Assembly: GCA_965153355.1 (NCBI GenBank)
Contig: OZ231126.1
Span: 18,414,001-18,478,000 of the forward strand
DNA: 64,000 bases
Source of the DNA: Flaccisagitta enflata
Lineage: Eukaryota
Direction of reading: 5' to 3'
Under the pieces are notes generated by a model. It ran no database searches. It worked only from the letters and a program-made list of their open reading frames with translations, and was not told where the DNA came from. Within the stretch, counting starts at the first letter, position 1, and each line of letters begins with the position of its first letter. The translations under genes and the position numbers were made by a program. Below, in pieces: positions 15,936-29,340 of the stretch.

Positions 15936-17519
15936 CTGCCAATAGATGGACATGAAATGTTGTGAGACAGAATGGAATTATGGAAGTGCAGGGAACCGGA
16001 GAAAGGACGGGGAAAAAAGAATAAGACTGACGATTCCAGTAAAGGTGGCTATCGCCCTAAGGTAAAAAGTCGTAAGCATTGACCGACAAGGCCGGATACA
16101 TGGCTACCCCAGTTGCGTGCGGGTGGGCAGAGGCCATATTTGAGGTCACCAGACCATTTGGGCAGAAGAAGTAGGGTCAAAGAATAAAAATCATAAAAGA
16201 AAAGTAAAATGTGACCAACTAATCGACCGACCGTCCGACGGACAAAGCGGGGTGTAGAGTCGCGTAGCACGCGACTAAAAAAGTTTTTCACAAAAAAAAA
16301 AAAAAAGAAAAAAAAGTGGTTGTAAAGCATTTTGCTTGTTGCCAAATTAGAAAAAAATATATTGAATTTGCTTTTCCTATTAATTTTGTTAAAGGTCTCA
16401 TTCGCTCAATTATGAAATCCCCTGTATGTCCAAGTCACGAGGACATCTACTGTACATGCTTTCTTCTACTTACTTGCATCAATATAGTATAAAGTATATT
16501 CAATATACTCATTTATCAATCTTATTTTTAAAGAATAAAGAAAAAAAAATGAATAAAAAAAAAGAAGAAAAAAATAGATTGTAAAAAAAAGAAAAAAAAA
16601 TCGATTATAAGCATTTTGCTTTTGCCAACTGAAAAAAAATATTGAATTCACTTACCCTGTTGATTTTGAATAAGGTTTCAATCGCTCAATTGAGATCTAC
16701 TTTCTCGTAAGAAAATGAAAAACATGTTCTTCAGGAATATGTCGAAAAGTCAAAGACTGACATTGCCTTTTTCCCCGATAATGACCAATTTGGGCTTACT
16801 CGATCACAACTGTGATGGAATTGAACTCCGCCAATAGGTGGACATGACGCGTTTTAAGAGAAGAAACCACGCCTGACACACGGCTACCCAAGTGTGCGGG
16901 CTGGCAGGAGCGATGAAAAGGAAGTTTAAGCATCTGCAAAAATTCATGATCATTTCTATAAAATACTAAAATCTTAATCAAAATAAACCTTAATCTAATG
17001 ACATTGGCTTACCTGGTTGAATTACAAAAATCGCTGAAGTTTATTTTGATAAATATATTCAAAACGCCAATTAGCAGAGCTGAAAATCAAAATGCTTCAG
17101 TTTTCTTTTTTTTTTTTTAATTAAAATTTTTTTTCTTCAGTTAAATATTTTCATTATTCAGTCAAAAGGCAGTAAAGCATTTGGGCAGGAGCTGAAACCG
17201 CCTGTGAAAGTAAAAAAAAAAGCCTTACAAATAATCAAATCAACGTGACCGAATTGAACTCTGCCAATAGATGACGCGATACATGACACGTTTTAGACGG
17301 CGGAGGGAGAAGAAAACGGAGAAAAGAAATGAAAGGGAATAAGATTGATTATATCACAAAAAAGATTAGACGTGAAATGATAAACCGTGAAAAGAAATGA
17401 AAGGAAATAAGATTGATTATATCACAAAAAAGATTTGACGTGAATGATAAACCGTGAAAAGAAAGAGGAGTAAGAGGACGACAGTGATAGTCGGTCAGCG
17501 CTTTGGATTGATAAATATA

Positions 17520-18095
17520 CAGGGTGTTCAAACTCAAAGTGGGAAAAGTAAAAAGCTTGCATTCCAAAACGCAATCAGTCAGTGATTTCAAATCATGTTT
17601 CTCTTGTAGTATTATATTTGACATTTTTCATTGGTCTAGCTTAAATAGTTTGCCTACAACATCAATTTGAAGTTAAACAATCGTTTTCAGTTGAGGCTCA
17701 AAAACTCATATTTTTAACAACACTGTTTTTCCAAATTCTGCCCTTAATTCTCAAACGGCTTGACAGCCGGTGCCAGATTGGTCTCAGATGTAAACATTAT
17801 AAATTATACTTCATTTGAGACCAATATGGCATTTGTAGCTCTAACCATTTAGAAATTAGAGCAATTTGAAAAAAAACTATCACGATCAAAATGAGAGTTT
17901 TTTAGCTCAAACTTTATATACTTGTTTTACTTAAGATTGATGTTGTGAACAAACTATTAAGGCTAGACCAATGAAATTTTTATACAAAAAACGTCAGACA
18001 TAATACTACAAGAGAAAAATGATTTGAAATCACTGACTGGTTGCGTTTAGGAATGTAAGCTTTTTACTTTTCCCACTTTGAGTTTGAACACAGGG
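17520..18095. mobile_element. Tc1/mariner-type MITE with long TIRs
   Basis: TA|CAGGGTGTTCAAACTCAAAGTGGGAAAAG ... CTTTTCCCACTTTGAGTTTGAACACAGGG|TA; near-palindromic over more than 200 bp. Confidence 0.8.
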
Positions 18096-18334
18096 TAGCT
18101 ACATATAGCTAAAGAACCTCGTATACAGTCAAACTTGAGACCGAGATTGTGTAACCCAAGATTTGATGCATCGAGCAAATGTCTCTAGAAGTCGGAAGAG
18201 CGTCCTTTCCGTTCTCATCAGAGAAAAGAGAAGATGTCCTCACTCCTCAGGCCTATCAACATGAAGAACTGTCAAACGAAAACTTAAAAGAGACGTTATT
18301 CCATTTCTCAACGAGATTTTCTTCTCCTCAGCAC

Positions 18335-18475
18335 CTGTCTTTATCTTTGAGGTCTGTAAGTCCGGATGCGTCGATACGGACACCGTTGATGAGAATCCGC
18401 GCGTCTGGATGTCCGACCTCGACGAAGAACGCGTCTCCAACGCGAGAAAAGATGGCGTGCACGGGAGAGATGATA
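18335..18475 (-). CDS. KIF28: Kinesin-3 exon, FHA core: IISPVHAIFSRVGDAFFVEVGHPDARILINGVRIDASGLTDLKDKD(R)
   Basis: Acceptor (CT)n-ttccgcAG, donor AG|GTgctg; 141 nt, phase 2 to 2. FHA motifs HA.F, ING and L...DR. Not in the ORF track in this frame. Confidence 0.9.
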
Positions 18476-18479
18476 CTGC

Positions 18480-18521
<42 letters not shown>

Positions 18522-19784
18522 AGAGAGAGAGGAGGTGGGGAGAGAAAGAAAGTTTCGATATTTTCCCCATATCATCAAATATGTTGAGCATGGATTTATG
18601 CATGAATTAATGTTGAGTTCTGATTTTCTCATTTGCATTTTGTCATCATTTAAAAACTTAATGATATTTTGATAAAACAGTTTCCATTCTTGATAATGTT
18701 TTTTTTTTAAAAATCATGAAGCAAAATACTACATTTAGACATGAATTCTTTCATAAGTTTCACCATATGCAAATACTGCCAGGACATTTGACTTTCTCTC
18801 CCCGCATAACCTAACTTCGAGAGCATAAATTGTTTGTTTTTCAATGCATAGAGTGTGATTTTCTTTATTTGTTAAAAAAACATGTTAGTAACGATTTTTC
18901 TAGAGGCGGAACGTCAGCGTCTTACTTGACGCTAGTCCAGTTTACGCAAACCTCTATAATCGTTCAGTACTATTCTGAGAAGCTTCTTGGACTGGGTATA
19001 TGTATAACTAGTCATCCAAGGATCGCACATGGTCAGCAGTACCCGATCTCCTGCTTGGAGTGATCAAGTAAAGTAGTGGAGTAAGAGCAGGGCAGCGGCC
19101 CCAAAGGGCTGATGTCCTGTAGGACACAGGGGTGAATTTCCAGACTTCCTGAGGGGGAATATATGAGGCCTAAGGAGACTGATTGAGGATATTGAGGGTG
19201 AATTTGAGGTCTGGAGGGCAGATTTTAGGCCTATAGAGCAAATTTGAGGTTTGGTGGCTGGCTACTATCTTCGCCAAAAGAAACGCGACACCTTCTATCT
19301 AGAATATCGTGGCTTCTAAAGAAGCTAGATACTTTTTTAAAAGAAGAAATTATTCTTCTTCGAAAGATCTACAAAATAAGTCCAATCTGGTCACTGTATC
19401 TTAAAGCGTTTAAAAATGGCAAGCAGAAGAAGGAAAATAATCATTTTCAGAATTGATAAAAGATTGTGAAATAAAAGAATAGATCAAATTTCATACGACT
19501 TCAATTTTTGTTATCTTAGCTTCTGGAGAAGCTAGATACTTTTTTCCAAAAAGCAAATTAATCTACATAAAAAAATCTAAAAGGTGGGCGTAATCTGGAT
19601 TCTGTAGCTCAAGCAGTTTAGAAATGGCAAGCAAATGAGTTAAATAAGAATAATGATGATCATACAATATGTGGCGTCCATTAAACCCCGGTAGTGTGAT
19701 ATGACGACTTAATAGGACCTGGCATGTCTGCTGGACAATAACAGTTGACTCAACTGTTTTTGTGATAGACCCACTCTTCCTTAC

Positions 19785-19960
19785 TTGGGCCCGTGAAGAA
19801 CGACGTCCACTCCTTCAGGATTTGCTTTTCTTCCACCAAACACGATTTTGTCTTTATCCAAGAAATGAATAATTTTCCCGTTGAGACATGGATCCATATT
19901 CAAATTCCACAGATGCGGCTCAGTCTTACGGCGAGTTGCCTGAGTGTCGCGGTTGCGACT
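19785..19960 (-). CDS. KIF28: Kinesin-3 exon, kinesin-associated region and FHA start: SRNRDTQATRRKTEPHLWNLNMDPCLNGKIIHFLDKDKIVFGGRKANPEGVDVVLHGP(N)
   Basis: PHLWNLNMDP matches the kinesin-3 PHLxNLNEDP motif. Donor AA|GTaagg (phase 2); 176 nt. The exact acceptor is slightly uncertain (aaaAG, or a later in-frame actcAG). Confidence 0.9.
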
Positions 19961-19977
19961 CTTTTTTTGGCATTGTG

Positions 19978-20049
<72 letters not shown>

Positions 20050-20060
20050 GAGAACAGAGA

Positions 20061-20133
<73 letters not shown>

Positions 20134-20309
20134 GTAGAGTCACAGAAAGGAGTCAGACAATGAAAGTTAAAAAAAAACAGAAAGAAAAAAACGAAGACAG
20201 ACAAACGAAGATAGAGAAAGAATGACAGGGACAAAAATATGAAAGGGTGAAGGGGAGAAGGTTAGAATAGATGGAATGACAAAGCAAAAAAGGTGTCTAC
20301 TGTGTACTA

Positions 20310-20725
20310 CACTCTTTTTTTTGAGTAAGGACAAAGTTTATAAGGACATGAGGCTGAAATTTTGCCAAAAATTAAAAACATTTTATGGACAAAGCCTAGC
20401 CTCAGATTTGTAAAATTCAAAGTATAGATTGTTTTTACGCAACTTCTTTAAGAAAATAATCATGTTTATAGGAAAGAGTAGCATTAATTTTTGCTAAATG
20501 ATATAATATTATAGTAAAAACAACTACAAAGCAATTATTGTTACATCTAACTTGTATTTACTTATATTGAACATCAGTTATTTCAATACATAACACATAA
20601 TCAAAAGCAAATCATAAAAAAATATTAAAGACACACTAAAAACATTTCAGCCTGAAATTTGCAAAAAACTAAGGACGTCCCAGCCTCAGAAAAAATTTAC
20701 TGGTCCTTATAAAAAGAAAAGAGTG
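20310..20725. mobile_element. TA-flanked CACTC...GAGTG MITE
   Basis: TA|CACTCTTTT ... AAAAGAGTG|TA with subterminal taaggac/gaggct motifs; related to 21367-21742. Confidence 0.7.
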
Positions 20726-21366
20726 TAATCTATACAGCGCCCGGGCGTTTTCTGTTATGGTTAAATCCTGCGATCGACTGGTGACAAAAGACCAGTCCTT
20801 TTATATTGAAGCTCACATTGAGAAAGCCTGAGGCAATATAACGCTTCATTTCTATAAAAACCTGGTAACAAAAACATTGCCTATGTTTCTATTACTTTTT
20901 GGGTGTGGCGGGGTTAACATCTAAAGACAGTGCGTGCCAATGCTAACTGAATTGGCCTTGGGAACTGTGTTTTAAACTACAGACAGCATTCCAATAAACT
21001 TACAATCAGTTTTTTTGTACAAAAATTTCATTTACTATCTATTTTGTTTCCTTTTTTCCATCTTGAGACACCCAAATCATCCATCATTCCTCGCAATCAG
21101 ATTGGGAACTAATCACTCGGCTTAGAAAAAGCAAACTTGCGACTGAAAACCGTCTCTGATCTCACCATGTGCGGCGGGAGAACGGATTACACTCAATCTA
21201 TATTCGTCTACAATAAAAAAAGATCGGATTTCTATTTATAATTCTTCCTTTTAAAGGTTTATGTGATCTGGTAACCAAAAGAAGAAATCCTAAGTCGGAC
21301 CGACTGACGCACCGACCGACATAGCCAGTTATTGAGTCAAGTAGCAAGGGAATAAAAAAGTTAGTA

Positions 21367-21742
21367 CACTCATTTCTTGGACTAAGAACCTTGTTTATAA
21401 GAACATTGAGGCTCAGATCTGGAAAAAAATAAGAACAATCGTAAGAACATTGTCAGCCTCACAAAAGGGGAGTATAAGAACATTCATATTTCATTTACTT
21501 TAGGAACTATGAAAATCAGAAAGAATGGTTGACTTAAATCACTTTCATTGAAATTAGATTTGGTTATAGATAATATTTTGGTTTAAATAAGTTAAGTAAC
21601 CAGATAAAAGAACATTCTTATATGAGCTAACGATTGGAAAAATAAGAATATCCTAAGAACAATTTGAGCCTCAAACCGCCCTAGAAATAAGAACACTGAG
21701 CCTCAGAAAAAAATAACATGTTCTTATAAAAACAAATGAGTG
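21367..21742. mobile_element. TA-flanked CACTC...GAGTG MITE, related copy
   Basis: TA|CACTCATTT ... AAATGAGTG|TA with repeated taagaac motifs. Confidence 0.7.
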
Positions 21743-22052
21743 TATGCAACTCCTTAATCTCTTTTTAAGGTTAGTAAAACACCTCTTGAGCGCATCCCCA
21801 CTATTGTCCGTGAGAACAAATCGAAAAGTGGATGTTTGTTGTGCATGTGTTTGTGTGTGTGTGTATGTGTAGGGAGAGGAGGGGGGTGATGTGTGGGGGT
21901 GTGGATGGGAGTTGGATGCAACGATATTGTGACCTTTCGTCCCTTGATTATCGTTTTTTTCATTCCTCACATGTGAAGAAAGAGGTGCGCTCAAGTAAGG
22001 TGGAGCTGATTGTGTCTTTCCTTGAATCCCAAACCCATCAATATTGACTTAC

Positions 22053-22067
22053 CACATTAGCCACCAC
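22053..22067 (-). CDS. Candidate 15-nt microexon (VVANV) of the kinesin
   Basis: aaattAG|GTGGTGGCTAATGTG|GTAAGT: consensus donor, phase 0 to 0, inside a phase-0 intron. Confidence 0.4.
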
Positions 22068-23476
22068 CTAATTTTGTGATCATTGTAATGTAACAATTAA
22101 TAAGCGGCATAACAGAGTCTTTGAGACTGTTAAGTAAAGCGCTTGCTAACCAGACAACAGGTGCGCTCTTTTTAGTTGCTGGCTAAGCGACTTTATAAGA
22201 ATTTGTGTCCGAAGGTCCGTCCGAGGATCCGTAACGAGAAAAGTTTGGTGATGGGAAATCGGCCGAAGTACGATTTTTGAGTGTTACAGCTCCTGCCAAG
22301 CTACATTACTATATTGGAAAAAAGTTTAGCAGCACTTATGGTTGATGGAATGCGTTCCCCCTCATGTGCTCAAAACTCATGTACCTGATAGTTTTTGGTT
22401 ATTTTTGTACTAGCTAGAACAAAAGGGAAAATCAATCTTCAATCCAATTTAGGGACCACGGGTTTGGTTTTTTATCACACCTAAGAGATGGTTGTAATAA
22501 TAATAGTACATTTTGGCATACAAAATTGGGCTACTTCTTTTCTCAAATCTCAAATCTCAAATCTCATATCTCATGGAATTATAAAACTAGAGCTCAAGAG
22601 CGAACCAGTGGTGCAATTCGCATGATTCTATCATTTTCTGGTAACATTTGAGAGCATTTCAAAGATGGAAGGGTGGAATCAAAAGAAATTCTATTTTTTT
22701 GCCATTTTTGAAAGTTCATCATAAGGGAAAAGCTCCCACACTCGGTGCCTAGATAACCCCCTTATTTACTAGCTGATAGGCTTAAATTTTTTTTTTTATG
22801 TTTTGTTTATTCTTAAATAAAAAAGCGAAAAATAAAGACCTCCGTCCTAGTAATAAAGAACAAAATGCTGGTCTGGAATTTTTATCATGAGCTTGACATG
22901 GCAAGTATTTCTTATTTTAAAATGACGAGACTAAAAATAAACAAAGGAAATGGTTCATAATTATCAATTATTTCAGATGGATCAACTTCAAACTTGTTGC
23001 ATTACTAAACGATTTGATGCGCGGAGGCAAGTTTCAGCTCAGATTGTAGCTTTCTTGAAGTAGACTTTAAATGCTCATAAATTCTGTTTATTTATCTAAA
23101 CGAGAAGTTGAGATGTTTATCTTTAAAGGTGTTGCTAAACATGTTTGCCAACTCGCATCACTGCCCCTGCCCACTCGCCAACAACTACTTACTGGCCGTG
23201 TATCCGGCCATGTCCATCCATCAGTTTATCGGTCAGTCAGTAGGTCAGTCACTGCACTCATCCTGTTGGTGAGCCCGTCCTAGAAGATTGATCGGTGAAA
23301 GAATTTCATCTTTTATTAGTATTTTGAAATGATTCTGTCACTTTAAAGCTTTCATCGTTTTTTACTTTCACAACCAGCGGAAGTTGAATTCTAGATTTTA
23401 ATTCAATTTCTAAAAGAAGTTGTCACCATTAATTGTAGTTAAGCTTACATCTTTTGAAGCTATCTCGATCACATAC

Positions 23477-23604
23477 CGATGATTTTTCTTCGGCTTCTTT
23501 GAGCTTTTGTTCGTAAGTTTTCCTCATTTCTTCCATTTCTCTTTCGTTTTCTTCCACTTCCGCCGCCATTTCTTCCTTTAACTGCTCTCGAAGCGCTTCC
23601 ATTT
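23477..23604 (-). CDS. KIF28: Kinesin-3 (KIF28/KLP-6-like) internal exon, coiled coil before the FHA domain: (E)MEALREQLKEEMAAEVEENEREMEEMRKTYEQKLKEAEEKSS
   Basis: Acceptor ttttcttcttttcAG, donor GTatgt; 128 nt, phase 1 to 0. The E/K/M-rich helix ending 'EEMRKTYEQKLKEA' is typical of kinesin-3 CC1. Joins in frame to 19960-19785. Confidence 0.85.
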
Positions 23605-24868
23605 CTGAAAAGAAGAAAAAAAAGTTTTTAGTCACGTGCACGCGACTCTATGACCCGCTCTGTCCGTCTGTCGGTCGGTTCATCGGTCACCCTTAGCTTT
23701 TTCTCGTCGTTTACTGTCATTAATCGGGAAAAAAGTCGAAGTCAGTCTTCGACTTTTTGACATATTCGAGAGAAACAGGGTTTTCATTTTCTTATGCGGA
23801 AGTTGAGCATCTCCATCGACCAATTGGGGCCTCCAATGAAATTGATAGGGTAAGTAAATTTGATAATTCTCTTTCATTTGGCGCCAAGCAGAATGCTCTA
23901 CGACAAATATTTTTCGCGCTATGATTTTTTAAAGATCTATTTATGAAAAATTCGAATGAAATTTTTTTTGATTTTTTACTATTTTGTGTAGGATCAATAA
24001 ATGAGTGTATTTATGTTTGTTTGAGCATGCAAATATAAGAAAACATGTTTATGAGCACAGCTGCTCATCTGTGAGGGCGTTTTTGAGCATTTCAGCTCAT
24101 TTAGCTAACTTAGCTCATTCTGTTTTTTCTGATTTCAAATATGATAAATGAATGAATATTTTTAAACTTGTTTAAGCAAGCAAATAAAAAAACATGTCAG
24201 TGAGCAGAGCTGCTCATCTGTGAAGGCGTTTTCAAGTATTCTAGCTCATTTAGCTCATTTAGCTTGTGCTTTTTCTCTGATTTTAAACAGGATAAATAAA
24301 TTAATGTTTTGATTTAAGCATGCAAATACAAGAAAGCATGTCAGTGAGCAAAGCTGGTTGTCTGGTTGAATCATTTTTATTATTTTAGCTCATCTAGCTC
24401 ATTTGGCTCAGTCCTATTTTTCTCTGATTTTCAGTGCAGTCAATACATACAATTGCTTTTGATTTGATCTAACAAAATTTCAGTGACTGAAGATGGTGAA
24501 AAGTGACCAATGCTTACGACTTTTTTCCTCACGGCGACAGCCGCCATTACTGGTAGTCATTTTATGTTATTACAAGACAATGTACCTTCAGTCTTTTGGT
24601 TTTTTAGTCTTTTAGTCATTAGTCTCTTAGTCTTTTAGTCTTTTAGTCTTTTAGTCTTTTAGTCTTTTAGTCATTTAGTCTTTAAGTCTTTTAGTCTTTT
24701 AGTCTGTTGGTCTTAACAACCGCACGCGACTGTAAGGTTTTGGCCTTATTTTTCTAATCATCAATCATCAATGTCAAGCAGACTGAACAAATACAATAAT
24801 AAACAAGTACCCCGGGGGTACAACGATGCGTCCACATGCGGCTTAGCTTGTTAATGACTACTTTCGCG

Positions 24869-25217
<349 letters not shown>

Positions 25218-25496
25218 TACGACTTTTTTCCTACGGTGATTAGCTGCCTTTATTGGTATTGAAGACAGGAATGCAATTCTGTCCAGGTTTGGACATGAAG
25301 TATTTCTAACCACCGCAAATATCGACCCGGATCGGACAGACTGACCGAGACTCCCTCCTGTATTGTTGATCCGATATCTAGGATGCAACACCGAGACAGA
25401 CCGCCGAAACAGACAGACAGACAGATAGACAATCAAGGCTGGGGATTAGTGAGAAAGAGATGAAAGGGAGAGGTGAGGAGAGACAATGGAGAGAAA

Positions 25497-26058
25497 CTAG
25501 TCATCCAAGGATCGCACATAGTCAGCGGTACCCGATGCCCTGCTTGGAGTGATCAAGTGAATTAGTGGAGTGAGAGCAGGGCAGCGGCCTCAAAGGCCAA
25601 TGTCCTGTAGGACACGGGTGAATTTCAAGATGTCCTGAGGCGGATTTGAAGTCGGGATGGCAGAATTTAGTCCAAAAGAGCAGATTTGAGGCTTAGGGGG
25701 CAGGCTTGAGGCCTAGAGGACAAATTTGAGACCTGAAGGATTGATTTGAGGCCTGAAGGGCAGATTTGAGGTCTGGAGGGCTGATTTGAGGTCTTGAGGG
25801 CAGATATGAGGTGTGGAGAGCTGATTTGAGCTCTCAAGGGCTAAATTGAGGTCTTAAAGGGCTAATTTATGGACTCAGAGGGCCAAAATCAGGCCTGAGA
25901 CTGCAGACTTGAGGCTCCAATGGCCAAGGGGGGACGGAAGGACAGATAGACGGATGGATGAATGGAGGGACAGACAAAGACAGACAAAAGGACAGACATC
26001 TCAAAATTCCCCCCTGTGTCCTACAGGACAACGGCCATTTGGGGCCGCTGCCCAAAAA
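25497..26058 (+). mobile_element. HINE-like family 2 with subterminal inverted repeats and a 20/21-bp internal minisatellite, representative copy
   Basis: GGGCAGCGGCC...GTCCTGTAGGACAC is inverted at the 3' end (GTGTCCTACAGGAC...GGCCGCTGCCC). Copies near 5255-5785, 19008-19260, 30648-31312, 33560-33830, 39912-40110, 41045-41596 (-), 61660-62225 (-). Confidence 0.65.
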
Positions 26059-26090
26059 GGAAGTGTGAATGGAGAATGGGGGAAGAAAGT

Positions 26091-26141
<51 letters not shown>

Positions 26142-26739
26142 TCAATTTTTTCAGACAGATTTGGGTGAACGATCTCTCAAAATTGATATCAGTAGAAGAA
26201 CAGACAAAAGAGGTTGAATGTCTAGCTCATGCTTATGCCATGGACGAATTACTCATGTCTTAAAAAGGAAAATTGAACTATGTGGAATCTTTTAATCTCA
26301 TTCCCACATACACTAACTCAGGGGCATCGGGTACTGCTGACCATGTAACGCTTTTGCGACTATTAAGACCTGTATCGTCAGTGGTTAAGTATCACTAATA
26401 ATAATAGTTTTACTAATAGTTGGAAAAAAGTCGAATTACGTAATTCAACTTTTTCAAACGTAGGGGAAAAATCGGGTTTACTTTTTTCGATTTAAGGCAC
26501 TTGCGGAAGTTGAGCCATTTCCTGACTGGGATAATACATTCTTTTATACTCACAGCTGAGAAAGAGCTAACTTTTTTCTTTCAAATGGCACCAACCAGAA
26601 GTCTCTAGGATCAATATTTTTTGTGCTATGATTTTTTGAATCTTTTTTTATTTTTTTGCATTTTCTCAAAAATCAATATTTTTCATTGATCCCAATCTTT
26701 GGTCTTATGTAACAATAGGGAATAGTTAACATGTTACGC

Positions 26740-26788
<49 letters not shown>

Positions 26789-26810
26789 AGAGAGAGATCA
26801 AAATCGATAA

Positions 26811-27146
26811 ATCTCTGGATTACTTGACTTTCTTCTAATCCAATTCAAAAGATTTTGGGTCCAAAGAAGAGGAAGGACAACTGTCATGCAGAAGATAAAA
26901 GCAACTTCCACACCATTTTTACATGTGGATCTCAATCTTCAAGACAGAACCATTTCATACAAGGATATTGCCTCTATTGACCATATTGGTGAACAGATTG
27001 TACAAGGACATCACGTAGCCCACATCAAAAATCAAAATCAATGGTTTTGTTGTGATGATGATCGGATTGTTCCCCTTGGAGCCAACTCTCATGTACCAAC
27101 AGCCAACTCTTACATAATTCTTTTAAAGCAGCAAAACCAGCATTGA
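26811..27146 (+). pseudogene. Fragment of a ubiquitin-specific protease (peptidase C19/USP) catalytic domain, C-terminal half
   Basis: The frame extends upstream of the tracked ORF to ISGLLDFLLIQFKRF (USP 'LP..L.IQLKRF' box), then Y.DIASIDHIG....GHHVAHIK...WFCCDD..I and SYIILL (His box, Asp box, terminal AY.LFY-like motif). In-frame TAA at 26808-26810 and an (AG)n tract upstream; no Cys box. Confidence 0.75.
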
Positions 27147-27918
27147 TTGCAATCACTAACAATCATCATCTGTGTTTGTATTTGTCCATTAAGTGTTAAC
27201 AACTGTCTGGAAATCTATATGTATTAAAGCTAAAACAAACTTGCTTGTATGTGGTCCGTTTCATCTGTTTGTCTGTTTGTCCGGAGGCCCTAGGTGTTCT
27301 ACAGGTTGATTTGCTAAGGCAGTTGCATATGAGAAAGAAACATTTTTCTAAGCACGTGCTACTGCCACCCTCATATAATCAAGGATATGACAACCTGACC
27401 TCCACGCGGTGGAGCTTGCGCGAAGAAACAGAGTTTGAAAGAAGAACTTCATTTCTTTTTCTAAGAGAGCACCGCTAACACATTTTCGCTTCATAACCAA
27501 ATTGAATTAATGCAGAACTGATTTTTTCTTCTCTTAAATTTTCTTTTAAAATCATTTTTCTTTTAAAAACAATTTTTTTCTTGGATCACCAATTTTGGGC
27601 AATCTAATTGCAAACGAGCATAAAAAAAATCAAGAGCATGAAAAACATCAAAAGAAAAAATCAACCAGGGGAAAATTCCACCTTTACGACGTTTTTCCGG
27701 TCGGCGAGAGCCGCCTTTATTGGTATTGAAGTAAACGTAACGTTTCGAGTTCTTAAGACACGGAGCAAGATCAGCCATGCAGGTCCCAGTCATAAAGGTC
27801 ACAAAATAGAGTATTGATTTTAAGCTAATTAACTTTTGGTTATCATTATGTATTGTATACTGAGCACATTGCAAAAAAAATCAATGCAAAATATTGATTT
27901 TTTAGTTGTTTATTGCTA

Positions 27919-29340
27919 AACAAGGCCAACACCTTTAAGTCGCGTGCGGGACAAAAATGACTGAACTGACCTGACTCCTATTCTATCTTTTTATCAAAAA
28001 TCACACTTAAACCAGACCCAAACCAGAACCAAACCAGACTCAAACCAGACTCAAATTAGACTCAAACCAGACTCAAACCAGGCTCAAGCCAGACCCAAAC
28101 CAGAACCAAACCAGACTCAAACTAGGTTCAAACCAGGCTCAAACCAGACTCAAACCAGAATTAAACCAGACCTAAACCAGACCAAAACCAGACCTAAACC
28201 AGACCTAAACTAGACATAAACCAGACATGAACCAGATCTAAACCAGACCTAAACCGAACATAAATCAGACATGAACCAGACTTTAACCAGACTTAAACCA
28301 GACTCAATCCAGACTCAAGCCTGGCTCGTCAGACTCAGCCAGACTCAAACCAGACTTAAACCAGACCAGCCAGACTAAAGCCAGACTTAAACCAGACTTA
28401 AACCAGACTTAAACCAGACTTAAACGAACTTAAGACTTAAGCCAGACCCAAACCAGCAGACTTAAACAGCAGACTTGAACCAGACAGACAGACAGACTTA
28501 AACCAGCAGACTCAAACCAGCAGACTCCGACCAACAGAAAAACCCAAACCCCAGCAGACTCAAACCAGACTTAAATAATGACTTAAATAGCTGACCCAAA
28601 CCAGAAGACTTAAACCAGCAGACTCAGTCCAGCAGACTCAAACCAGCAGACTCAAACCAGCAGACTTAAACCAGCAGACTTAAACCAGCAGACTTAAACC
28701 AGCAGACTTAAACCAGCCAACTTAAACTATGCCAAAAAACTATGTTAAATGACCAAAAATGACCTGAAATGTTCCAAAATGACTTGAAAAGACTGAAAAC
28801 TATTTTAATGCCATAAATGACACATATGACTTATTTGAACAAAGTGACAAAAATGATCAAAAAACCAATATGACCACTATATGAACCAAAACAACCAAAA
28901 ATGACCAAACAACAAAAAAATGACTCAAATTACTCAATAAACTATTAAACGGGATTGTTTTGTAAGGAAACCTGCACAGGTCAAAAAATAAGAGTGACTT
29001 AAAATGACTCAGAATGACTTGTAATGACTTGTAATGACTTAAAATAACTTAGAATGACTAAGAATGACTTAAAATGACTTAAAATAACAAAAAATGACAA
29101 AAAATGACAAAAATGACAAAAAATGACAAAATGACTTAAGTGACTAGAATTAACTGAAAATGACTGGAAATGACTTAGAATGACTTAGAATGACTTAGAA
29201 TGACTTAAAATGACTTAAAACAATCTAAAATGACGTCAAACGGCTAAAAAAAGCTAAGTGTGACCGACCGACCGACCGACAGACGGACGGACCGACAGAC
29301 GGACAGAGTGGGTCATAGAGTCGCGTGCACGCGACTAAAA
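27919..29340 (-). mobile_element. Inverted copy of the long minisatellite-bearing HINE-like element
   Basis: Reverse complement of the ends and minisatellite order of 13708-15600. Confidence 0.7.

Noticed and set aside
18179-18672. Tracked ORFs overlapping the FHA exon on the plus strand or in another frame
   Set aside because: The FHA reading frame on the minus strand, with matching splice phases, explains the region.
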